In this document: positions 8,920 to 16,780 of the stretch, piece after piece | Layout: each line of letters begins with the position of its first letter | How positions within the stretch are numbered: the first letter of the stretch is position 1 | NCBI GenBank assembly: GCA_016839585.1 | Contig: JAEOTZ010000008.1 | Coordinates: 1-22,766, forward strand | DNA from: Promethearchaeota archaeon | GTDB taxonomy: Archaea; Asgardarchaeota; Lokiarchaeia; Sigyniarchaeales; SOKP01 | Reading direction: 5' to 3' | DNA length: 22,766 nt | Notes under the pieces: model-generated | What the model saw: the letters and a program-made list of their open reading frames with translations, nothing else | Told to the model about the DNA's origin: nothing | Database searches by the model: none | Position numbers and translations under genes: made by a program

Positions 8920-9588
8920 TTATTCAAGGCTTGTTCTTTCCAATAAATCCTCATATTCTTTATCTGAAAGGAATCCTTTATGCATCAAAATATCTTTAAT
9001 TTCATCCATGAGTTGAGGAGCTCCTTTAGCTTCAGAGATTGTTTCTTCAAGTGCTTTTATTTTATCATTAAGCGCTTCAACTTCATTTACTTTTAATTCT
9101 TTTTCATCCTTAAGGCTTTCAACCTCTACATATTTATCTGAAATTGATTTTTGTAAATCCTTTTTAAGACTTTCAGTCTCATTATTTTTTTGTTCTAATT
9201 CTGCTCTAAGATCATTTTTTTCATTTTCTAAAGCCTCCATTCTTTCAGATGATTCCTTTAATTTTGGTTTCACTACAGATAATTTTTCCTCCAATTCAGT
9301 TATCGAAGATTTGAATTTATTGATTTCGGCATCTACATAAAGTTTTTCTTCCTTGATTCTCTCAAAATTTTTTTTCATTTCATCTAATTCTTCAATTTTT
9401 TTCTCTGATTCTACTAATTTTCCTTTTGTGGTTCTTAAATCTTCTGTTGTTTTTTCTAGGTCTTTTCTTTTCTGAGTTAATTGTCTTTCTAAATCATTAA
9501 TTTTGGATCTAAGGTCTAATAAAAATCTTCCCTCAACTTTTTGTTTTGCTTCGGGTTTTTCCTTTGCTCTAGCCCAATCAAAAGAAAT
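8920..9588 (-). CDS. Long coiled-coil protein B (~222 aa), probable ATT start
   Basis: The frame is open 70 codons upstream of the track ATG (9378) and aligns with the paralogue N-terminus (SFDWARAKEKPEAKQKVEGRFLLDLRSKINDLE). No in-frame ATG/GTG/TTG lies upstream of 9378. ATT sits 7 nt after GAGGTGA. C-terminal HKGFLSDKE motif. Confidence 0.75.
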   Translation of the reverse strand: MSFDWARAKEKPEAKQKVEGRFLLDLRSKINDLERQLTQKRKDLEKTTEDLRTTKGKLVESEKKIEELDEMKKNFERIKEEKLYVDAEINKFKSSITELEEKLSVVKPKLKESSERMEALENEKNDLRAELEQKNNETESLKKDLQKSISDKYVEVESLKDEKELKVNEVEALNDKIKALEETISEAKGAPQLMDEIKDILMHKGFLSDKEYEDLLERTSLE

Positions 9589-9595
9589 TTCAATT

Positions 9596-9602
9596 TCACC
9601 TC
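9596..9602 (-). promoter_or_regulatory. Shine-Dalgarno GAGGTGA for coiled-coil protein B
   Basis: GAGGTGA-aattgaa-ATT on the minus strand. Confidence 0.7.
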
Positions 9603-9736
9603 TATTCTGATATAAATTTAATTTATTTTGTTTTAGTATATATTTAATTTCTTTAGATTTATTATTTATAAAAATTTTATTAAATTATATAATCTAATAA
9701 ATAGTTATATTAATAAAAAATATGTTTCATATAAGG

Positions 9737-10402
9737 TTAATCTTCTAATTCTTTTCTTAATTGTTCAAGCTCCTTATCAGTTAAAAATCCTTTATGTTCC
9801 ATTAATTCTCTAATTTTTATCATTATTTTTGGAGATGTTTTAGCCTCTAAAAACTGACTTTCAAGAACACTGATTCTATTAATTAGTTCATTAGTTTTAA
9901 TATTTTTCGCTTCTAAGTTACTTTTAAGGCTTTCTGATTCTATATCTTTTTGTTTTAAATTATTTTTGAGATTTTGAACTTCCTTTTCTTTAAAATTGAT
10001 TTTTTGTTCCATTTCGGATGCTTTCTCAGAGGTGAAATTTAATTGGTTCTCTAATGTAGTGATTTTCGCTACAGCTTCAGTTAAATTTTTTTCTAACTCT
10101 GATTTCGTTGATTTTAGCTTTGTTACTTCAATATCAGTATGAAGTTTATCTTCCTGTACTTTATCTAAAGTCTTTTTCGCCGAAGATCTTTTCTCTGTTA
10201 ACTCAAGTAAACTTTTTTCACGACCAACTAATTTTTCTTTGGTATTTTTTAGTTCATTATTTGCCTTTTCTAACTCCATTTTACTTTGGATTAATTTTTG
10301 CTCAAGATCATTAATTTTAGTTCGAAGGTCTAAAAGATACCTTCCCTCCACAGGTAATTTCTTATCAGGTCTCTCCTCAGCTTTTGCCCAATCTATATTA
10401 AT
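9737..10402 (-). CDS. Long coiled-coil protein A (~221 aa), probable ATT start
   Basis: Conserved NIDWAKAEERPDKKLP lies upstream of the track GTG (10351). An in-frame TGA at 10417-10415 bounds the frame. ATT sits 7 nt after GAGGTGA. C-terminal HKGFLTDKE motif. Confidence 0.75.
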   Translation of the reverse strand: MNIDWAKAEERPDKKLPVEGRYLLDLRTKINDLEQKLIQSKMELEKANNELKNTKEKLVGREKSLLELTEKRSSAKKTLDKVQEDKLHTDIEVTKLKSTKSELEKNLTEAVAKITTLENQLNFTSEKASEMEQKINFKEKEVQNLKNNLKQKDIESESLKSNLEAKNIKTNELINRISVLESQFLEAKTSPKIMIKIRELMEHKGFLTDKELEQLRKELED

Positions 10403-10409
10403 TACTTTC

Positions 10410-10416
10410 TCACCTC
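10410..10416 (-). promoter_or_regulatory. Shine-Dalgarno GAGGTGA for coiled-coil protein A
   Basis: GAGGTGA-gaaagta-ATT on the minus strand. Confidence 0.7.
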
Positions 10417-10590
10417 ATAAATTCTCTATACTAATTAGATCTATTATATATTATTAAATTTGATCTCATATATTTTATCTCTCTTTTTCTATATTAAAGC
10501 TTTAAAAAATATTAATTTATTATAAAGCCTATTTATATTAATATTATTTATTTGACTTCTATAAGATAAATTAGTTTTTACCTTCTTTTA

Positions 10591-11394
10591 ATGAATAAGA
10601 TTTCTATCGGATGTGCTGGGTGGGATTATAAAGATTGGATTGGCCCATTTTATCCTAAGAAGCTTGAGAGACAAAATCATATAGCGTATTATTCTAAATT
10701 TTTTCGGATTACTGAAGTCAACTCAACTTTTTATAATCTCCCCTCTATAGATACTGTGAATAAATGGAATTCTCGAGTTCCTCCAGATTTCCGTTTCATA
10801 ATTAAAATGTGGCAAAAAATTACTCATAACTTAAATGAACCAGAAGTAGATTCTAGAATTAATCAATTTTTACACCATATGGAACCATTAAAGGAAAAAA
10901 TAGTGGCATATTTGATGCAATTTCCACCATGGTTTAAATATTCAGAGAAACATTTAAATCAGTTAAAATCTTTAATAAATAAGATACCATTATCATTAAA
11001 GCTAGTTATTGAACTACGAGATAATTCTTGGTTTAAATCAGAAATCCTATCCGAATTTATTGATGAAACTCAAATAATCTTAGGAACAACCTATATACCA
11101 AATGTATCTCCATTTTATAAGCAAAATCAAAAATTTTATTATATTAGACTTATTGGTGATCGGGAACTAACGGTTTTTAACCGAATTCAGAGAGAACAAG
11201 AAGAAGTTATAAAACATCTTGAAAGAAATATTCGGAAATTAAATAAAATACCTAATATTTATGAAATCTTTATCATTGTCAATAACCATTTTGCTGGATT
11301 TGCCCCTGAAACCGCTAATATACTAAAAAGGAGACTTGATTTAAAATTTCAGGATTATAACAAACAGAAGAAAATTTTTGACTATTTAAAATAA
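10591..11394 (+). CDS. DUF72 (YecE/YunF-like) domain protein
   Basis: IGCAGWDYKDWIGPFYP, EVNSTFY, KITH, QFPPWF, ELR, YIRLIG and NNH motifs; C-terminal QKKIFDYL. Confidence 0.9.
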   Translation: MNKISIGCAGWDYKDWIGPFYPKKLERQNHIAYYSKFFRITEVNSTFYNLPSIDTVNKWNSRVPPDFRFIIKMWQKITHNLNEPEVDSRINQFLHHMEPLKEKIVAYLMQFPPWFKYSEKHLNQLKSLINKIPLSLKLVIELRDNSWFKSEILSEFIDETQIILGTTYIPNVSPFYKQNQKFYYIRLIGDRELTVFNRIQREQEEVIKHLERNIRKLNKIPNIYEIFIIVNNHFAGFAPETANILKRRLDLKFQDYNKQKKIFDYLK

Positions 11395-11484
11395 TATTTC
11401 TAATAATAAATACAAGCTTTTTAATTTTTAAATCGCTCTTTTGAATAAGAAAGTTTTAAATATTTTGAGTTTGACTAATTTTGT

Positions 11485-12681
11485 ATGGATATTATTGATA
11501 ATTTAAAGAAAATAGGCAAAGATTGGAGATTAACAGCTATTTTAGTTTGGCTTTTAGTAGGTGTATCTTTAATCCCATATCCCGACGAAAGGGTTTCAAT
11601 AATAGGTATTGTTATATTTTTACCTTTTTTGGTTTTTCTAATGTTCTTATTCTTACTTACTCTTATATCTAAAAAGGATATCTTTTTATATAAAACATGG
11701 AAAATAATATTATTTTTACTGATTTCTTTGCCAATTATGCTCTTGACTTCAGCAATTTTGATAATATTATTTGCGATATCCATTGTTTCTTATTTTTTCT
11801 TTACCTCATGGTTCATTCTGTATGGATGTTATTTATTCGGAAAAAATATAGATACCAGATTATATAAAATTCCAAAAGCAAGGTCTTTTTTAAGGGTCAT
11901 CATTTTTTTTGGTGGTTTAGTGGGCTCTCTTCTATTATTATTTCTCTTCTATATAGGACCTACATTATTCGATTTTTCTATTATAATGGAAAGCCCTGTT
12001 GATTTTCCATGGTACCTTAAATTAGTATATGTAATTGTTGGAGGAATTCTTATTGGACTTGCAATTACGTGTATTATCTATATGTTTAAAAAAATCTTCA
12101 TTGGTTTCTTTGGATTATTTGCATTACTAGCTTCATTTTATACATTATTTATAGTATTAAAGATCTATCTCGGAATAATTGATACTGAACCAGATCAGAT
12201 TGGTTCCCTTTGGGCTTATATTGCAATTATAATTCCAGATCTACTTATTATTTTCTATTCTCTAAGTACTCTTATGGGTTCACAAGCAGAACTACTAAGC
12301 AAAAGATTTAAAAGATTTGGAGTTGATGCAGTAATAATTTGGTTAATTTTTTCAAAGGTAGCATATGAATTTATCCACTTTTTTCCTTATGAAGTCTTTG
12401 AAAAAGCAAAGATTCCTTGGATTAATGCCCTTCAAAATATAGATAATGATCTCATTAATCTTGTTAAAAATTTTGCTGTATTAGTATTTTTCATAGCTTT
12501 ATTAGTGATTATAGGTATATATGAGATTAAAAAAAATGTTAAGGAGCAGAAAAAATTACACGAGGAGGTTGATGAGGAGGTAAAAGCACTTCTTTCCCCT
12601 GAACCAATAAAAAAAGAATCTGATGAGATAGAACCAAGCGAAAGTGCTGAAGCGATTGAAAACATAGAATTAATTGATTAA
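11485..12681 (+). CDS. Polytopic membrane protein of unknown function with an acidic C-terminal tail
   Basis: About 10 hydrophobic segments and an E/D-rich tail; no family recognised. Confidence 0.75.
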   Translation: MDIIDNLKKIGKDWRLTAILVWLLVGVSLIPYPDERVSIIGIVIFLPFLVFLMFLFLLTLISKKDIFLYKTWKIILFLLISLPIMLLTSAILIILFAISIVSYFFFTSWFILYGCYLFGKNIDTRLYKIPKARSFLRVIIFFGGLVGSLLLLFLFYIGPTLFDFSIIMESPVDFPWYLKLVYVIVGGILIGLAITCIIYMFKKIFIGFFGLFALLASFYTLFIVLKIYLGIIDTEPDQIGSLWAYIAIIIPDLLIIFYSLSTLMGSQAELLSKRFKRFGVDAVIIWLIFSKVAYEFIHFFPYEVFEKAKIPWINALQNIDNDLINLVKNFAVLVFFIALLVIIGIYEIKKNVKEQKKLHEEVDEEVKALLSPEPIKKESDEIEPSESAEAIENIELID

Positions 12682-12742
12682 AATATTGAAAATGATGAAT
12701 TCTAGGGCAAATTATATGAATCCTTAAGCTAAATAAAATAGA

Positions 12743-12760
12743 TTTTTTTATTACTTTTTT
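12743..12760 (+). terminator. Probable oligo-T terminator
   Basis: T7 and T6 runs about 60 nt after the 12681 stop. Confidence 0.35.
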
Positions 12761-12858
12761 ATAAATTAAAAATTCCGCATAGATTAATAGCTTAATAATT
12801 AGTTTTATTAAATCCTAATTCAAAAAGTGTCATACTTAATTGTATAATTGTGTTTAAA

Positions 12859-13392
12859 ATGAGTAATAATACCAAAAATAACAGTATTTTAAAAATTGAG
12901 GAATTATTTCTTGAAAAATTTGAGAAATTATCCTTAAAAGTTGAGCAATTGACAAATGAAATTTCTAAAATGAAAGCGAAATTAGATAAAACCTATAAAG
13001 TTAATAGGGTTTTTGGCCTGAAAACTTTACGAAATTCAGCGCAATTAGAATTTGCTAAGGATGTTTATGGTTTAGGGAGCCCAACTAAAAGATATCTTTT
13101 ATCAATAAGAGCTATAACTGAAGAATGGAAAGGAAGGAAAAATGACTTTCTGATATCAATAAGACAACAAGAAAAAGAAACTAATATGGACTTAAAAGCT
13201 CTAGGAATTAGGATTCCGATTAATGATATTAAAAATATCCATCTTTTAACAAAACAGATCATTTCATTATTGTATATTTCATGTGAATTCAGAGGTCTTG
13301 CAGTTAATGATATATTAAGGGAAATTTTGACTCAAGTAAACAATGAAGGTCATAATATGGTACAAGAAATTAAACATAAAATGATCTTTTGA
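12859..13392 (+). CDS. Hypothetical protein with an N-terminal coiled coil and a PC4-like segment
   Basis: ATG 12859 preferred over GTG 12850. Heptads at FEKLSLKVEQLTNEISKMKAKL. EEWKGRKNDFLISIRQ...KALGIRIP is reminiscent of the PC4/YdbC fold. Confidence 0.65.
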   Translation: MSNNTKNNSILKIEELFLEKFEKLSLKVEQLTNEISKMKAKLDKTYKVNRVFGLKTLRNSAQLEFAKDVYGLGSPTKRYLLSIRAITEEWKGRKNDFLISIRQQEKETNMDLKALGIRIPINDIKNIHLLTKQIISLLYISCEFRGLAVNDILREILTQVNNEGHNMVQEIKHKMIF

Positions 13393-13404
13393 TTCTTATG
13401 CAGA

Positions 13405-13426
13405 TCGTGAAACAAAAGTTTCACGA
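13405..13426. repeat. Perfect inverted repeat (9-bp arms, 4-nt spacer)
   Basis: TCGTGAAAC-AAAA-GTTTCACGA, 12 nt after the 13392 stop. Confidence 0.8.
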
Positions 13427-13618
13427 AATTTTAGATATAGAAATAATAATTTTATAAAATAAAGATTAACTAATAGAAGTTGTTTAGAAACAGATATTAT
13501 AATTATAAAATTAAATTAATTTATAGAATATATAAATTATAGTAACAAAATTATAACTGTAAGAATAAAAACTTTAAACTAATTTGATATTAATTAAAAT
13601 TCAAAAAAGGCTAATTAA

Positions 13619-14563
13619 ATGGATGAATTTAAATGCGAAATTTTAATCATTGGTGCTGGACCCGCAGGATTAAGTGCAGGTGTTTATTGTGCTCGAGCAA
13701 ACAGAGATGTCATTATTCTTGATGGAAAAGAATTATCCGCTCTATCCAAAACGAAAGAAATACAAAATTGGTTAGGAGAAATAGATATTAAGGGAAAAAA
13801 ACTATTAGAAAAGTTTAGGGCTCATGCTTTAAGTTATTCTGAAAATCTAAAAATTATGAAAGGTGATGTAATCTCAATGATGCTTGGAATGGGTGTAAAC
13901 ATGATATCAACGCGAACATCTAATATAACTTCGGATGTTGTTATAATCGCAACAGGCAGTGGACATCGAAAAGAAATAATCAAGGGAGAAGGTGCTTTAC
14001 TTGGATTTGGTGTTTCCTATAGTGCATTAAATGATGGACCTTTATATAAAGATAAAGTTGTGTTCTTATATGGTTCAGATGAAGAAGTATTCGATGATGC
14101 ATTAACTTTACATCAAATGGGAAGTAATGTACATATAATAACTAATATAGGAATCGATGAATTACCTGAAAAGGTTTATGAGGTCAAAGAAAGGGGAATT
14201 GATGTCATAGAGAATATGGAAATTATTGAAGCTGTATCAGATTCGGAAGGGATAATTCAAAAAATAATATGTAAATTTACAAAACCCGAAACTGAAGATT
14301 TTGAAGAAATAATAGAATTTGAGTTAGATTGCTTATATATTTTATCCCATATTGCATCAAATTCCATATTTAAAAAAGCTGGGGTAGAATTAGATGATAT
14401 GGGAAATATTATAGTAAATGATGAACAACAAACCTCGATTAGGAGCGTTTTCGCCGCTGGTGATGTTACAGGTGGACTTTTTCAAGTGGTCTTTGCCGCA
14501 GCAGAAGGTGCACGAGCGGGAATAAACGCATGCAAATATCTTCGGCAATTAAAGAAAGATTAA
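13619..14563 (+). CDS. Thioredoxin-reductase-fold flavoprotein lacking the CxxC and NADPH motifs
   Basis: GAGPAG, IATG and FAAGD FAD motifs are present. The active-site position reads SYSALNDG, the second Rossmann motif reads YGSDEEV, and there is no HRR. Confidence 0.85.
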   Translation: MDEFKCEILIIGAGPAGLSAGVYCARANRDVIILDGKELSALSKTKEIQNWLGEIDIKGKKLLEKFRAHALSYSENLKIMKGDVISMMLGMGVNMISTRTSNITSDVVIIATGSGHRKEIIKGEGALLGFGVSYSALNDGPLYKDKVVFLYGSDEEVFDDALTLHQMGSNVHIITNIGIDELPEKVYEVKERGIDVIENMEIIEAVSDSEGIIQKIICKFTKPETEDFEEIIEFELDCLYILSHIASNSIFKKAGVELDDMGNIIVNDEQQTSIRSVFAAGDVTGGLFQVVFAAAEGARAGINACKYLRQLKKD

Positions 14564-14659
14564 ACTATCCAAAAAGAAAATTAAAAAAAAAATCATAAAA
14601 AATTATTAAGATTATAAACTGTATATTTGAATAAAGCTAATAAGTTATGGAGATTAAAA

Positions 14660-15604
14660 TTGTCTGATAATAATGTAGTAGATCTAGCTATTATTGGTGG
14701 TGGGCCTGCTGGATTAACAGCAGCAATTTATGGCGCAAGAATGGGTTTAAAGACTGCTCTCTATGAGGGTAAAAGTTTTGGAGGTTTAGCTGGGACCGCT
14801 CCCAAGATTGAAAATTATCCAGGATTTAGTAATATCATTGGTCTTGAATTAACTGAAAAAATGAGAGAACAAGCTGAACATTGGGGAACTACTTTTTTCT
14901 TTAATGAAGTCTCTGCAATCAATCCAAAAGAAATGACTATAACTACTTATGAAGGAAACACAAAATCTAAAGCTATTATAATTGCTACTGGTTCAAAACA
15001 TCAAACACTTGGATTGTCTAATGAGTTTGAATTATTAGGTAATGGAATATCTTATTGTGCTACTTGTGATGGTCCTTTATTTCGAGATCAAGTAGTTGCC
15101 ACAGTTGGTGGTGGTAATGCCGCTGGTCTAGAAGTAATTTATCTTTCAGGTGTAGCAAAAGAAGTTTATCTTATTCATAGACGTCACTGTATGCGAGCAG
15201 AAGCATGTATTGCAGATGAGGTTGCGTCATTAAATAATGTTATTCCAATGTATAATAGTACTATTGAAGAAGCTATAACTAAGGATAACAAATTGGGAGT
15301 GTTAAAAATCAAAAATCATGAAACTGGCGAAATATCTAATATAAATGTAAAGGCTCTCTTCATTGCAATAGGAGTTGAGCCACAGAGTGATTTAGGGAAA
15401 AAGGCAGGGATAGAACTTGATGAAGATAATTATATTAAAGTCAATAAGAATCAAGAAACTAATTTTCCTGGTATATATGCAGCAGGTGATGTAACAGGTG
15501 GAATACGACAAGTAGCAACCGCAGTTGGAGAAGCAACAACAGCAGCGATGAATGCATATCTATATATTAAAAAAGGATGGTATGGAGAGGGAGAGACAAC
15601 ATAA
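14660..15604 (+). CDS. trxB: Thioredoxin-disulfide reductase
   Basis: GGGPAG, SYCATCDG, VGGGNAA, IHRR and YAAGD motifs. TTG 14660 lies 7 nt after GGAG (alternative TTG at 14627). Confidence 0.9.
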   Translation: MSDNNVVDLAIIGGGPAGLTAAIYGARMGLKTALYEGKSFGGLAGTAPKIENYPGFSNIIGLELTEKMREQAEHWGTTFFFNEVSAINPKEMTITTYEGNTKSKAIIIATGSKHQTLGLSNEFELLGNGISYCATCDGPLFRDQVVATVGGGNAAGLEVIYLSGVAKEVYLIHRRHCMRAEACIADEVASLNNVIPMYNSTIEEAITKDNKLGVLKIKNHETGEISNINVKALFIAIGVEPQSDLGKKAGIELDEDNYIKVNKNQETNFPGIYAAGDVTGGIRQVATAVGEATTAAMNAYLYIKKGWYGEGETT

Positions 15605-15693
15605 TTACCTATATAAAATAGATCCATTCATTAAAAAAAGATTAATTACTTCTTCTTGTAAACTCGCTTTATAGAACTTGTCAGATGATACGT

Positions 15694-15721
15694 AGATATT
15701 ACTTTATATTATGTAATATCT
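15694..15721. promoter_or_regulatory. 28-bp palindrome upstream of xerA (candidate dif-like site or operator over the TATA box)
   Basis: AGATATTACTT-TATATT-ATGTAATATCT: the 11-bp arms match at 10/11 positions. It contains TTTATA and ends 19 nt before the ATG. Confidence 0.6.
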
Positions 15722-15740
15722 CGATCATATTGTATGTATT

Positions 15741-16664
15741 ATGGTAGATAGCAAATTTTCAGATTTTATCGAGGATTTCTTGATTTCTAAAGAAGTAGAA
15801 GAAGGTTGTGCCTCCTCAACAATTAAAGCTTATAAATATGACCTTGATAAATTTGTTAGTCTTGTAGGAGATCTTGATCTGAATTCTCCTATGCTTAGAC
15901 AGAAAATAAGGTTATTTCTAAAAAAAATAAAAGATTTGGAGTATACTAAAAAGGGAATTGGGAGAAAAATAGCATCATTACGATCATATTTTAAATTTTT
16001 AACTCTAAATGAATTTATAGAGAAAAATCCTATGAGTACAATAAAATCTCCAAAGATAAAACTCGAAGAAAATTTACCAAAATTCCTTAATGTTAACGAC
16101 ATTAAGTTCATCTTTAATAGATTAAAAGATAGAAAAATTTTTAATTCTAAAAAAAGTCAACGATACTATTTAATGATAAGATTGCTTTATTCTACAATGG
16201 CCAGAGTAAGTGAGTTATGTAATATTAAGATAAATGATGTAGATTTTAATAAAGGGTATATTAAACTAAGAGGTAAAGGAAATAAAGAAAGAATAGTCCC
16301 TGTGGATCAAAAAACACTAGATAGTTTTAAAGAGTCTCTGCAAAATAGAATTTCCTATAGTTCTGAAGATTATTTATTAGTAAATACTAGAAACCAAAAA
16401 TTAAATCCTCGAGTAGTTCAAGTAGATATTAAAACAATAAAAGAGAAATGTGGATTTCCAGACTCAAAAATTATTACTCCCCATATTTTTAGGCATACTG
16501 GAGCAACCCATCTTAGACGTTCAGGAATGGATATTAGTGAACTTCAGGATATTCTAGGGCATTCAAATCCAAATACTACAAGAATTTATGCTAAAAATGA
16601 TATCACTAAATTAAAACAATCGTATACGATGATGCATCCACTAAATAACTCAGAAAAATTTTAA
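15741..16664 (+). CDS. xerA: XerA/XerCD-type tyrosine recombinase
   Basis: N-terminal core-binding domain (STIKAY..DL, SLRSYFKFL). Catalytic residues: R (ARVSEL), K (GKGNKER), HIFRH, LGH and TRIY. Confidence 0.9.
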   Translation: MVDSKFSDFIEDFLISKEVEEGCASSTIKAYKYDLDKFVSLVGDLDLNSPMLRQKIRLFLKKIKDLEYTKKGIGRKIASLRSYFKFLTLNEFIEKNPMSTIKSPKIKLEENLPKFLNVNDIKFIFNRLKDRKIFNSKKSQRYYLMIRLLYSTMARVSELCNIKINDVDFNKGYIKLRGKGNKERIVPVDQKTLDSFKESLQNRISYSSEDYLLVNTRNQKLNPRVVQVDIKTIKEKCGFPDSKIITPHIFRHTGATHLRRSGMDISELQDILGHSNPNTTRIYAKNDITKLKQSYTMMHPLNNSEKF

Positions 16665-16780
16665 GTAGCTAATCTTTTTAAATTATTTGATTCTTATCAA
16701 AATTTAATAGGCATAAGAAATTTTAAACTTAAATCGTTTTATTAATACATATAAATCAAAATTAATTATCTCGAATTGTC

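Noticed and set aside
8920-10402. SMC/Rad50 annotation for the coiled-coil pair
   Set aside because: No Walker A/B, signature motif, hinge or zinc hook, and the proteins are far too short.
13405-13426. parS site
   Set aside because: It contains GTTTCAC and GTGAAAC half-sites, but in everted order relative to TGTTTCACGTGAAACA, and there is no parB in the window.
10108-16111. Track ORFs 10108..10314, 10239..10457, 11475..11783, 12432..12665, 13065..13262 and 15830..16111
   Set aside because: Antisense to longer coherent genes, with composition typical of shadow frames.
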